Both the position numbers and the translations under genes were made by a program. From positions 96,001 through 160,000 of the forward strand of contig CAXXUO010000004.1 in assembly GCA_963666485.2 (NCBI GenBank): a DNA stretch of 64,000 bases, read 5' to 3'. Positions 1 through 10,159 of the stretch are shown piece by piece. How positions within the stretch are numbered: position 1 is the first letter of the stretch; each line of letters begins with the position of its first letter. The notes below the pieces were generated by a model. It was not told the origin of the DNA and did no database searches. It worked only from the letters and a program-made list of their open reading frames with translations. The DNA is from Syntrophorhabdaceae bacterium. GTDB taxonomy: Bacteria > Desulfobacterota > Syntrophorhabdia > Syntrophorhabdales > Syntrophorhabdaceae.

Positions 1-58
1 CCGTACTCAACCTTGTGCCTCGCCCACCAGCCAGTATAATTGCGTCTAACGATTTCAT
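1..58 (-). CDS. Sugar-phosphate nucleotidyltransferase, N-terminus only (runs off window)
   Basis: Manual translation from ATG at 58: MKSLDAIILAGGRGTRLST, the ILAGGxGTRL NTP-transferase signature. Confidence 0.8.
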   Translation of the reverse strand, partial: MKSLDAIILAGGRGTRLST

Positions 59-146
59 AATGTGAACAATTTCATCTGAAAGGTATTCAAGAAGTAACCT
101 ATTTCTGCGACGTTAGTCTGGTTATGAAGGCAATTACGAACCCAAA

Positions 147-1415
147 CTATTGACGATCCAGTACCTTGTTATCCAGGTATTCGAATAATGCATCGGCGGC
201 CCATGAATGTCCCGTTTTGTTCCAATGTGCGTCATACCTCCACCTAGCTTCTTTCAGATCACCTCTTTTTGAGAAATATGTGTTTAGATCAATCAAGGGA
301 ATGTTATTCTGATCCGCAATTTTCTTTATCCTTGACATATAACCTTTGTCTGTCGTTTTTCTTCCATTCATCTTGTCAGGACTCTCCGGAAGCGACGCGG
401 CGTTGGCCATGATGACCAGTTTTGCGCCATCCTTAAGGGTCTTCTCTTTAAATACTTTGATAATGTGATCCGTAATGCCTACTGCATCTTCAAACACTGG
501 CGGCATGTTTTCTGCGTAGATCATCAGATCCATATCAAGATCGTCGGGGAACTTCCAACCGGACAGCTGAGCCCTGTAAGAAGGCACCTGTCTCAATTCT
601 GCTATTCTTTCCTTTACCACCTCATTGTAAGCATTAGTGCTTATTTTGAATTTGATGTCGATAATTTTCGTAAGCCATCTGTAGAGTGTGCTCCATCCCA
701 AATAAGGGTTCATTTGATTCTCAATTCGTACAAAAAGCGGGGTCTTTCCTTTTGTTTTTAGTACGTATTTACCCCAATCAGGATCAATGTCGATCCTGGC
801 ATAATCATTTTCACCTTTCTTTTCGAAAAACAGGCGGGGAGACTTGTACGGATCCCACCCATTCCTGATAGATTCCAACAAAGGCGAGTTATTAGCGAAA
901 TCATTGTATACAAACACGATCACAACAAGATCTGGTTTATACTTCCTTCCCAGTTCTTCGTAGAAAGACAGGACATTACTCGTACCACAGCCTGAGAATC
1001 CCAATGCAATAACTTCAGGCTTTCTGAATGGATATTTCTTTTGCAGTTTTTCCTGCAAAATAGCCTGAATTTTATCTTTGGTCTCAACCTGTACGGCTTC
1101 GATAAATGAGTCTCCAAGTAATAGAACGCGATATGTTCCCCTCGGCTTTTCAAATGAATGCTCGTAATCCAAAAATCCTACCGAGTTTGCTTTTTGCGTA
1201 ACGCTATAATCAATGACATTGCTCCATTTGAGGGTTGAATTGGGCTTAAAAACAAACCCCAACCTGGGATTAAACTCGGCGGGCCAGGTGCTCTCCTGGA
1301 CCTTTACTGGAACAACAAAAACTCTTACTATCAATTCCAACACCAGAAAACAAATACATAAAGTTACGCCCAGGATCATAACATTTGTTATCAGGGGCGG
1401 AATCTTGATTTTCAT
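147..1415 (-). CDS. SGNH/GDSL hydrolase-family protein with N-terminal membrane anchor (polysaccharide acylation-type)
   Basis: LLGDSF block I, YND, C-terminal DAHWN (DxH) motif; hydrophobic N-terminus. Confidence 0.75.
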   Translation of the reverse strand: MKIKIPPLITNVMILGVTLCICFLVLELIVRVFVVPVKVQESTWPAEFNPRLGFVFKPNSTLKWSNVIDYSVTQKANSVGFLDYEHSFEKPRGTYRVLLLGDSFIEAVQVETKDKIQAILQEKLQKKYPFRKPEVIALGFSGCGTSNVLSFYEELGRKYKPDLVVIVFVYNDFANNSPLLESIRNGWDPYKSPRLFFEKKGENDYARIDIDPDWGKYVLKTKGKTPLFVRIENQMNPYLGWSTLYRWLTKIIDIKFKISTNAYNEVVKERIAELRQVPSYRAQLSGWKFPDDLDMDLMIYAENMPPVFEDAVGITDHIIKVFKEKTLKDGAKLVIMANAASLPESPDKMNGRKTTDKGYMSRIKKIADQNNIPLIDLNTYFSKRGDLKEARWRYDAHWNKTGHSWAADALFEYLDNKVLDRQ

Positions 1416-1488
1416 TACTGTCTCAATGAACTAAAGGCTTTTCGGATAGCGGCGCGTCTTATGGGGACATCTATCTTCGTACCACCGA

Positions 1489-1893
1489 TCACCAGACATC
1501 CTGCAAGTCTTTTGGAATATAAAGATGGTTTCTTGTTTTATAGCCCGTTTCTCTCTTTCTGTTCATCTTGATTTCCATGAAATCCCCATGCAAGACACGA
1601 TAGAAGGCGGCAATAGGTGTTAAGAGAAGAAAAAAGATCATAGACAAAATGATTTTTGAATTTACGGTCCCCAAGAAATTGGCGAAGGCTAGCCAGAAAT
1701 AGGAGATCTTGCTGGCAACGTTTTTCAAAAAAACAGCAATGCCAAGGAGCGCAAGAGCCACGTAATACAGGATCTGCGTTTTAAACAACAGGCCGAATAC
1801 GATTGCCATCCCCGCGAGGATACACAGCGTTTCAATGCTTTTAAGGTCATGATCCTCTTTCGATCTAATGTCCGATGTCATATATGAACCCAA
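1489..1893 (-). CDS. SxtJ-family membrane protein
   Basis: Hydrophobic 134 aa with W..FA..LG.VNSKIIL..IFFLLLTPI; lies just downstream of a carbamoyltransferase. Confidence 0.7.
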   Translation of the reverse strand: MGSYMTSDIRSKEDHDLKSIETLCILAGMAIVFGLLFKTQILYYVALALLGIAVFLKNVASKISYFWLAFANFLGTVNSKIILSMIFFLLLTPIAAFYRVLHGDFMEIKMNRKRETGYKTRNHLYIPKDLQDVW

Positions 1894-1926
1894 TTTATCG
1901 ATCCTTTCCGCTACTCACATTTGCTT

Positions 1927-2076
1927 TCAGAACAGAGCATATATAAAGGGCGCGATAGCGGACCCTCCTGCAATAACGATCACCACGGCAAACAGAAGCA
2001 GAACAATTATAATCGGCAATAACCACCATTTTTTTCTTTGCCTCATAAAACCCCATAGATCAGCAAATAAGGACAC
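1927..2076 (-). CDS. Small membrane protein (DUF5989/SxtK-like), 49 aa, absent from the ORF track
   Basis: GTG start 8 nt after AGGAGG (2085-2090); MSLFADLWGFMRQRKKWWLLPIIIVLLLFAVVIVIAGGSAIAPFIYALF. Confidence 0.8.
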   Translation of the reverse strand: MSLFADLWGFMRQRKKWWLLPIIIVLLLFAVVIVIAGGSAIAPFIYALF

Positions 2077-2121
2077 TATCACAACCTCCTAAAAACACAT
2101 TTCTGTATAGTCAAGCGGCCT

Positions 2122-3999
2122 TTAATCAAGCCCATAAACAGCCCGCCAATCTATGTCATCAATCCATTCCGGCTGCTGTTTCTTGTCAAAAAGATAATTT
2201 CCTACGACGAGATAGTCCATTTCGGTTCTCATAAAGCACTTATATGCGTCGTCAGGCGTACAGACTATTGGTTCCCCTCTTACATTGAAACTGGTATTGA
2301 CTATCAATCCGCATCCGGTCTTTTCCTTAAAACGTTTGATCAAGTGCCAGTATCTTGGATTCGTTTCCTGATGAACAGTCTGTATACGCGCAGTAAAATC
2401 AATATGGGTGATCGCAGGGACATCCGATCGCACGAAGTACAGCTTATCTTTCCACGGAAAAGAATGATAATCCTCAGGTATCTGATTCCTTCTAGACTTC
2501 AGCACATTGGCGATGAGCAGCATGTAAGGCGAGACAGACTCCAGATCAAAGAACGTTTCTACATCTTCATCCAGTACAGAAGGGGCAAACGGCCGGAATC
2601 CCTCTCTGAACTTTATCTTCAGGTTCAGTTTCTTCTGCATGGCCGGACTCCGTGCATCGGCAATGATACTTCTGTTGCCAAGCGCGCGCGGTCCCCACTC
2701 CATCCGACCCTGGAACCAACCCAGGACGTTCCCGCTCTCGATAAGGTTTGCTACGACCTCACATAACTCATCAAAATCGTTGTAGTATGAATAGACTGCC
2801 TTTTTCTTTTTCCGGACTGCCATGCGCATGACTTCCAGGTCATCAAACATAGGTCCCAAATAAGAACCCTGCATTGAATCGGAACCCTTTTTATCGGTAT
2901 TGGCATCTCGAGGCTGGTCGAAATAGATGTGATAAGCAGAATAAGCTGCACCCAGCGCACCCCCGGCATCCCCCGCCGCAGGCTGGATCCATATATCCTT
3001 GAAAATCTTCTGCTTCAGCAGCTTACCGTTAGCGACACAGTTCAATGCCACGCCGCCTGCCAGGCATAGATACTCTGATCCTGTCAATCTTTTAGCTTCA
3101 CCGGCCATTCTTAAGACAATCTCTTCCGTTACGTTCTGAATGGCAAGGGCAAGGTCGCAATGAGCCGAAAGTAGATCCTCCTCCTCGTCTCTGGGAGAAA
3201 GACCGAACAATTTCTGCCACTTTGGGACATTCGCCATTCTCAGTCCGGTGGCATACTCGAAATACTCCTGGTTGAGAAATACAGAACCATCGTTCTTTAT
3301 ATCCAGCATTTCGGTCTTTATCAGATCTATAAAGTGCTTTGTCTGTTCAGATTCGGGGTTGCCGTACGGGGCAAGGCCCATAAGTTTATATTCGCCTGAG
3401 TTCACTTTAAAACCAAGGTAATAGGTGAATGCGGAATAGAGTAATCCCACTGAATGAGGAAAGCACAGTTCTCTGAGGATTTGTATGCTCTTCCCTTTTC
3501 CATGGCAGATCGAACTAGTTGCCCATTCACCAACTCCATCTATTGTCAATATTGCGGACTCCTGAAATGGGGAAGGATAGAATGCACTTGCTGCATGCGA
3601 GAGATGATGTTCAGGGAAGAGAAGCTTGGTCCTGTTTGCGTCGAACTTACCAAAAAGACTAAGTTCATTAAGGATCATTCTTTTGAGCATCAATTTTTCT
3701 TTGATCCAGACCGGCATAGCGGACAGAAACGATCGCAGACCTTTTGGGGCAAAGGCATAATATGTTTCCAATAATCGCTCAAATTTAAGAAACGGCTTAT
3801 CATAGAAGACGACCGCATTCAATTCTTCGACCGCGACATCTCCTTCCATAAGGCAATATCGGACTGCATTATGAGGAAAGGAGGGATCGTGTTTCTTTCG
3901 AGTAAACCGTTCTTCCTGCGCGGCCGCAAGAATTCTCGAATCGTGTAACAAAACTGCAGCTGAATCGTGATAAAATGCCGATATTCCTAAAATGTGCAT
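2122..3999 (-). CDS. O-carbamoyltransferase (NodU/CmcH family)
   Basis: ILGISAFYHDSAA, EHHLSHAASAF, EYKLMGLAPYG, GPRALGNRSI, NTSFNVRGEPIV. Confidence 0.93.
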   Translation of the reverse strand: MHILGISAFYHDSAAVLLHDSRILAAAQEERFTRKKHDPSFPHNAVRYCLMEGDVAVEELNAVVFYDKPFLKFERLLETYYAFAPKGLRSFLSAMPVWIKEKLMLKRMILNELSLFGKFDANRTKLLFPEHHLSHAASAFYPSPFQESAILTIDGVGEWATSSICHGKGKSIQILRELCFPHSVGLLYSAFTYYLGFKVNSGEYKLMGLAPYGNPESEQTKHFIDLIKTEMLDIKNDGSVFLNQEYFEYATGLRMANVPKWQKLFGLSPRDEEEDLLSAHCDLALAIQNVTEEIVLRMAGEAKRLTGSEYLCLAGGVALNCVANGKLLKQKIFKDIWIQPAAGDAGGALGAAYSAYHIYFDQPRDANTDKKGSDSMQGSYLGPMFDDLEVMRMAVRKKKKAVYSYYNDFDELCEVVANLIESGNVLGWFQGRMEWGPRALGNRSIIADARSPAMQKKLNLKIKFREGFRPFAPSVLDEDVETFFDLESVSPYMLLIANVLKSRRNQIPEDYHSFPWKDKLYFVRSDVPAITHIDFTARIQTVHQETNPRYWHLIKRFKEKTGCGLIVNTSFNVRGEPIVCTPDDAYKCFMRTEMDYLVVGNYLFDKKQQPEWIDDIDWRAVYGLD

Positions 4000-4094
4000 T
4001 TGAATCGCATTGTGTTGGACTGGATCGTCAAATCATCTACCCTGTTCAATTGTGCTGGTCCGTGGTTCTAACAGGTCCTGGATAGCGAGAATGG

Positions 4095-5975
4095 TCAGCT
4101 GACGTCCAGCGTGTTTTCATGCTGAACCATCCACTCATTGAGAAACAGCAAATTCCATATCTTAGCCGACATATCATGGACTCTTGAATGTTCGTTCAAA
4201 ATCCTCTGGATCGTGTCCATGTTAAAGAACAACGGCAGATGTTTTGAATTAACGAGCCTTCCTCTTACATCTTCTCTCAGTCCACCCGCAAACCAGTCCC
4301 CAAGCGGGATCCCGAAACCTTTCTTGGGCCTTTCTATCACAGATTTCGGAAATCTTTTCAGGGCGAGGGCCTTCAAAATATACTTCTTGTCATACGTGGT
4401 CTGTCCATCAGCGTGAATCTCGCGCAGTTTGAAACTGGCCGGGATTGTTGCCGCAATCTCCATCAATCGATGGTCAAGAAGCGGGGTTCTGACCTCCAAG
4501 GAATTTGCCATAGACGCAATATCGACCTTTGTCAGGATATCGTACGGAAGATATGTCAGTATATCAAGGTGCTGCAGCCGGCTTACCAACGTGTCACCCT
4601 GAAGAGCCAGGAGACTTCTTCGATACGATTGCTCATTATCGACCAGCGAAGCGTATCTCTCGTTATACAGGAGGTCCCTCTCCTGGGAGGAAAAATGCTT
4701 ATAGACCGAAGAATAAAGATCGAAGATACTGTGTCCGCTGTTTTGCTCCAATATCGGCCTGGCTCTGCCGAGTAGCCCCAAAGCGTATCGGGTCAACCTT
4801 TCACCAAATTTCTCTTGCCTTTTCTTGACCTGCCCGGAGACCACATACTCGTACGTGTTGTATCCGGCAAAGTTCTCGTCGCCCCCGTCACCGCTCAAAA
4901 CCATCTTGACGTTTTCCCGGGCCATACGCGACACATAGTATGTGGGGATAGCTGATGAATCGGCAAAAGGCTGGCCATAATGTTTGACAAGCAGCGGCAG
5001 AATACCGAGAGATTCCACTTTGACGATCTTTGTGTAATGCTCGGTGCCGCATAGTTCGGCAACCTGCTTTGCATACTGCAATTCACTGAAATCCGCATTC
5101 TCAAACCCGATGCTGAAGGTCTTGACGGGTTGGTTCAGGATATCGGACATATATCCCACTACCAGGCTGGAATCAATTCCTCCACTTAGAAATGCCCCGA
5201 AGGGCACATCACTCACAAGCCTTAACCTTACGGATTCACGCAGTACACAATCCAATTCTTCCAGCCAATCATCAAAAGATAAAGACCTGTCCTCCTTGAA
5301 ACTGAGTCCCCAGTATCTTTTCCTGACAATCTGACCGGATTTTGTATCAACCGCGAGGTAATGTGCCGGGGGCAGGCAGTGCACATCCCGGTAAATGGTG
5401 CGGGGAGCAGGGATGTATTGCCAGTACAGGTAATCGTCGAGTGCTTCAGGGTTGATTCTGAAGGGGCCTGCTACGCGATAAAGCGGCTCAATCTCGCTCG
5501 AAAAGAACAGGGTGCCGTTCCGCGTGGTGTAAAAAAGAGGTTTTTTACCCGCACGGTCGCGAGCGATCAAGGCCTTGCCGCTCCCGGTGTCATAGCAGGC
5601 AAAAGAGAACATACCGCGGAAATGCTCAAGACAGTCCTCGCCCCATTCCAGACAGGCATTTAAAACGACCTCAGTATCCGAATGCGTGTCGAAGCGCCGT
5701 CCCGTCTTTTCGAGATCTTTGCGTATCTCGGGAAAATTATATACTTCTCCGTTATACGTTATTATTCCGGTACCGGTATGGTCCTGCATGGGCTGTTTGC
5801 CCAGGTCGAGGTCGATGATTGAAAGACGTGCATGCCCGAACGAGACCGGTCCTGCCGTTTCCACCCCGTGGCCGTCCGGGCCCCGATGCCGCATCAGCCC
5901 GATCCCTGTTGTGACCTTATCGATTTCCGCACAGTCAGAACCGTTAAGATTGATGGCCCCAAAGATCCCGCACAT
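4095..5975 (-). CDS. AsnB-type glutamine-dependent amidotransferase (probable glycan amidation)
   Basis: MCGIFG N-terminal nucleophile, HRGPD, FLSGGIDSS, LSGDGGDE. Confidence 0.9.
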   Translation of the reverse strand: MCGIFGAINLNGSDCAEIDKVTTGIGLMRHRGPDGHGVETAGPVSFGHARLSIIDLDLGKQPMQDHTGTGIITYNGEVYNFPEIRKDLEKTGRRFDTHSDTEVVLNACLEWGEDCLEHFRGMFSFACYDTGSGKALIARDRAGKKPLFYTTRNGTLFFSSEIEPLYRVAGPFRINPEALDDYLYWQYIPAPRTIYRDVHCLPPAHYLAVDTKSGQIVRKRYWGLSFKEDRSLSFDDWLEELDCVLRESVRLRLVSDVPFGAFLSGGIDSSLVVGYMSDILNQPVKTFSIGFENADFSELQYAKQVAELCGTEHYTKIVKVESLGILPLLVKHYGQPFADSSAIPTYYVSRMARENVKMVLSGDGGDENFAGYNTYEYVVSGQVKKRQEKFGERLTRYALGLLGRARPILEQNSGHSIFDLYSSVYKHFSSQERDLLYNERYASLVDNEQSYRRSLLALQGDTLVSRLQHLDILTYLPYDILTKVDIASMANSLEVRTPLLDHRLMEIAATIPASFKLREIHADGQTTYDKKYILKALALKRFPKSVIERPKKGFGIPLGDWFAGGLREDVRGRLVNSKHLPLFFNMDTIQRILNEHSRVHDMSAKIWNLLFLNEWMVQHENTLDVS

Positions 5976-5978
5976 CGC

Positions 5979-7307
5979 TCAGTTGTTCCTTCCCTTATTC
6001 ATTTTCGCCCGGAAGACTTCGTTGTAACGCATAATCATATGTTCGATTATCTTATCTGAGTCATGATATTTTTCGATGAATGCCGGCCCCTTTGCTCCAA
6101 GCATTTTCAACTCGTCGGGCTTGCTGACCCATTCTTTCAGTTTCTCATAAACATTGTCCGGGCGCGCTACAATGATCGGGCAGTCCGGTATACTGTCCAG
6201 AAATTCCTCACGTATATAGGCCATGTTGGGGACGCCCATGAGCATGGTCTCAATATTTGCGTTATTGTAGTACCCCATCATCAGTTTTCCAGCATACAGG
6301 TCGGCGCTTTTGTAGAGCGACAACGCTTCGGACAACGGCTTCTTTACAACCTCGATGTACTCGATATTGAACCCTTCGTCCTGAAGCCTCGATATGGCTT
6401 TGCGAAGGTGTGGCAGTCCGTCGACTCCCGGATGGTTCGAACTCGACACGATCCTGAACACCCCGTTATTCTTCGGGGCCGGCACCACATTCTCGAAATC
6501 TATCCCATATGGTGTTATGAACGGGATATGCTCCGCTTCGGCAAAGAAATCCTGAAGGTCCGGGGTCGTCACAAAGAAAAGGTCGCCTGCCTGCCTTGCC
6601 TTTGACAATCTCATGCGGTGGTAATCCGTATCACATGATCCCTCAGGATAATCACATTCTTTACAGCAGCTGACATCGGGGTTCTTCCGAAGGTTGATGC
6701 TCTTTTGTCGCAGGTCGCAGCCGCGGAAATGAAATACGAGTACCTTGTTCATTTTTTTGAGGTAGGGAATCTCCCAGCCATCATCAAGGGATAATAATGA
6801 ATTGAAATGGAAATGGATCACATCGTGCCTGGCGAGGACAGCCCATAGATAGTAAACTTCCAGGAGTTTACGTTTAAAGAAAGTAATTTTGTAGGGTATT
6901 GAATAGTCGAAGCCAATTAACAATCTGTTATCAATGCCGGTATTTAGTGCAAAATAATTTGCCTTTTTCTTGTGGGATCTCAGTAGACGCGACAGCATGA
7001 ACTGTTTGCTGGATAAAATAGACACATGAAGTACCGACCTGACCTCCGTCCTTCGTATAGCCAGGTGCAACACCTTATAAATGAACAACGATACATCACA
7101 AAAGAATGTCCGCATATATTGAAACGACACATACAATACATGTCTTCGATGAGTTATTGCCATCATCACCAGGTTTCTTGCCCGCAAGATTGGAAATACG
7201 AACAACTTTTTTGTGGCTAAGAAGAGATAATGTTTCAGTATGTAGTAAAGTTTCCTGAACATTTTTACAAAGATCCATTTGTTTGAGGTGGTGTCTCCGA
7301 AAACCAA
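5979..7307 (-). CDS. Glycosyltransferase (GT-B type); start uncertain
   Basis: DVIHFHF, HFRGCDLR, C-terminal YKSADLY...ETMLMGVP GT-B-like segment. Confidence 0.65.
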   Translation of the reverse strand: MVFGDTTSNKWIFVKMFRKLYYILKHYLFLATKKLFVFPILRARNLVMMAITHRRHVLYVSFQYMRTFFCDVSLFIYKVLHLAIRRTEVRSVLHVSILSSKQFMLSRLLRSHKKKANYFALNTGIDNRLLIGFDYSIPYKITFFKRKLLEVYYLWAVLARHDVIHFHFNSLLSLDDGWEIPYLKKMNKVLVFHFRGCDLRQKSINLRKNPDVSCCKECDYPEGSCDTDYHRMRLSKARQAGDLFFVTTPDLQDFFAEAEHIPFITPYGIDFENVVPAPKNNGVFRIVSSSNHPGVDGLPHLRKAISRLQDEGFNIEYIEVVKKPLSEALSLYKSADLYAGKLMMGYYNNANIETMLMGVPNMAYIREEFLDSIPDCPIIVARPDNVYEKLKEWVSKPDELKMLGAKGPAFIEKYHDSDKIIEHMIMRYNEVFRAKMNKGRNN

Positions 7308-7313
7308 TGAAAA

Positions 7314-8984
7314 TTAATTGCCCGCACCTTCGAAAACCTCGCGGTATATATCAGTCATACGGTCGATGACTACTTTTGAACTGTGATATTTTTCAAACCA
7401 TTTACGGCCTTCTTCTCCAACTGTCAACCTGTATTCACGATTCTTGACTAATTTTAACAACTCCATTTCAATAGAAACGGAATCAGGTGCATTGATCACC
7501 GGAGGGAGTTGCGGATAACACCAATAGTGAAGGTGTTCTTTGTAGTTCAGGATAACAGGCTTCGCGCAAGCCATTGATTCAGGTACAACTGCTCCGAATG
7601 TACCAATGCCGTCATTGAACTGATCCAGGATGACGTCCGCAGCACAATAATAATCTTTCATCGCCGGCTTGCTCTGGATAGGCACCCAACGAACCTTATC
7701 GCTGAAACCGCATTGTGCGATCAACTCTTTCGAAAGATCTACTTCCTGACCCCACTCAAAGAAAACGACATGTGCCCTTAAGTCCGGGTTATTTGCAAAA
7801 AGTTTTCCGAGTGCTCGAATCATAATATCATTTCTCTTGAACCAACTATTTTCAAGGCCCGCGGGGCAATGCTTCCAATGGTGCCGGGAAGGAGCGACAA
7901 AAATAAATTCACTGCCAGTTTCCCTGACAATCTGTTCTCGTATCGGAGATTCGTCAGGTTTTAAAAGCTCGTCATCAATTATGTGAGGAATAAAAACATA
8001 ATTATCGAGACCGAGACGTTCCGCGGATAAATTACAGTCGGCATTGGTAATAATAATCTTCTTCGCCTTCTTTAATGCCAGCGAATAAAGTCTGCCCCGT
8101 GCAGAGTCTTCGAAGGGAAAATCCCTCATCGTCCCATGTTCATAACAAATAAAAGGCTGACCCGGACTTCCCAGCATGACATAGATGGGATCAAGGGCAT
8201 AGGCCTGGATGAGGTCATATTGTTTCAAGAAATCACTGTGAGCAATACTTCTCGGCATCCATTCCAGGATATCATTTATAGAAAGCGGTTCCGTCCGGTC
8301 AGGATAGAATTTCCGGTATTCTCGCCGGATACTCTCCAATCGGGAATGATGCTTTGCATTACAGATCTTGATATCCAATCGTTGCTTTATCCTCTGTGCC
8401 TTGTATAGAGCATAAAGAGCCAGGCTTTTTGAAAGTTCTTTGCTTTTTATAAGATGACGGATCTGACGGACCCTGTGGTTAAGTATCCTTACGCCCGGTT
8501 CTACCAACCTTACCTGCCGTTCTACCTGCCTCAAGAATTGCCTGGTGTTCGGGCCAAGAATTCTTTTGGCGTATCCCAGCACGTTGCCGGATATCGGCCG
8601 GTATATGTACGGCTCAAAGGGGGGCAGCGATACAAGGTGATCCGATAGAGCGTTTCGTCCTGCACGCTGTTGATTCGATAATCCCCCATTCGGACCGTCA
8701 TCCGACTGCTCTAATTTAGAATAATTGGCCAATTCTCGCAAAGTAAGATCGAAAAACCATTCCGGTCTCTTGAAGCCCTTGAGGTCGCATTTCGACCAAT
8801 CCGGGTTAAATTCATCAACCGTTTCATTGAGATAAACCTCGGCCCATTCCGGTTGACCCTGGCAATGACGATAATCGACGTTCAGGCAATCCGCGTCAAC
8901 CCCTCGTTTCCGAAGATATCTGCAATGAAGGTATCCATTATTCAGGATGTTTCCCACATGAAGTACTTTTTTATTTCCTATCAT
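7314..8984 (-). CDS. Glycosyltransferase, GT4-like
   Basis: KVLHVGNILNNGY; ADVILDQF...GTFGAVVPESMACAKPV. Confidence 0.8.
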   Translation of the reverse strand: MIGNKKVLHVGNILNNGYLHCRYLRKRGVDADCLNVDYRHCQGQPEWAEVYLNETVDEFNPDWSKCDLKGFKRPEWFFDLTLRELANYSKLEQSDDGPNGGLSNQQRAGRNALSDHLVSLPPFEPYIYRPISGNVLGYAKRILGPNTRQFLRQVERQVRLVEPGVRILNHRVRQIRHLIKSKELSKSLALYALYKAQRIKQRLDIKICNAKHHSRLESIRREYRKFYPDRTEPLSINDILEWMPRSIAHSDFLKQYDLIQAYALDPIYVMLGSPGQPFICYEHGTMRDFPFEDSARGRLYSLALKKAKKIIITNADCNLSAERLGLDNYVFIPHIIDDELLKPDESPIREQIVRETGSEFIFVAPSRHHWKHCPAGLENSWFKRNDIMIRALGKLFANNPDLRAHVVFFEWGQEVDLSKELIAQCGFSDKVRWVPIQSKPAMKDYYCAADVILDQFNDGIGTFGAVVPESMACAKPVILNYKEHLHYWCYPQLPPVINAPDSVSIEMELLKLVKNREYRLTVGEEGRKWFEKYHSSKVVIDRMTDIYREVFEGAGN

Positions 8985-9018
8985 TACAAAGACTTCCTCA
9001 TCGCTTCACGATCGACGA

Positions 9019-10159
9019 TCATGTCCTGTCAAGCGCATTATTTACCTTCTCGACAACAAACGACTGCTCCGATTCTGTCATGCCAGGGAATAAAGGAAGG
9101 GTGATGGTCGTATCCTCGCCGAGACATGCGTTCGGAAAAACATCCGGGTCTATTCGATACTTATCCGCATAATATCCCAGGCGATGCACCGCCAGCGTTC
9201 CGGGCCTTGTCTGAATATCGTCCAACGAGAGGTGATCCATGATCCTGTTTCTTCTTGACCGTCCTCCATCCAGGAGTCTTATCACATAGGATTGATACGT
9301 GTGATGACATTTTTCGGGAATGACCGGTACGGCAATAGCCTCTATGTGCCGCAGGAATTCTGTATATCTTTCGGCAAGCATGATCCGTTCTTCGAGCAAT
9401 TTATCAAGCTTATGAAGTTGGGCGACCCCAACTGCCGCCTGTATATCGGAAAGCCTGAGATTATAACCCAGATTATTGAATGTAGACATAACCCATGGTT
9501 TTCCTGGATCGTCGATTCCTGGAGGAAGTCCTGTTGCGCCGTGGTTCCTCTGACTTCTTACCCTGGCGGCGATATCAGGTTTGTTCGTGGTGATCATTCC
9601 GCCTTCACCCGTGGTGACGACCTTCCGGGGGTGAAATGAAAAACAGCCCGCATCACCAATTGCTCCCACGGGTTTTTCTCCGTACAACGTGCCTACCGCA
9701 CATGCTGCGTCTTCAATAACAAAGAGGCCATTTTTCGCCGCGATGTCCATGATCTCGTGCATCTTCGCGGAAAGCCCGAAAAGATGTACCACTACTATTG
9801 CCTTTGTCCTGTCCGTGATTGCTCTTTCCAACGCAATGGGGTCCAGGTTATACGTATCAAGCTCAATATCCGCAAAAAACAGCCTTAGCACCGGTGTATT
9901 CCGCGCAGTGAGCCGAAGTCACCCATGTGAATGCCGGTACGATAACCTCGTCGCCGGGTCCGATTCCCAGCGCCAACATGGCAAGGTGTAAGGCGGCCGT
10001 ACAGGAGGTGGTTGCCAGTGCATGATCTACATGATGGCGCTCCGCGAACATCTTTTCAAAACGCTCAACGAACGGGCCCTGGGTCACCCACCCCGAATCC
10101 AGGCATTCCTTGAGAAGAGCTATTTCTTCTTCGTCAAACTTAGGAGCTGTCAGGTTCAT
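9019..10159 (-). pseudogene. DegT/DnrJ/EryC1/StrS sugar aminotransferase split by one +1 frameshift (possibly a sequencing error)
   Basis: ORF 9863-10159 gives the N-terminus (SCTAALHLA, GDEVIVP) and ORF 9019-9891 the rest (IEDAAC, SFHPRK). Removing one base at 9871-9879 restores the frame. Confidence 0.85.

Noticed and set aside
1489..3999. Saxitoxin cluster (sxtI/J/K-like genes)
   Set aside because: No sxtA-like or other core toxin genes; the context is polysaccharide biosynthesis
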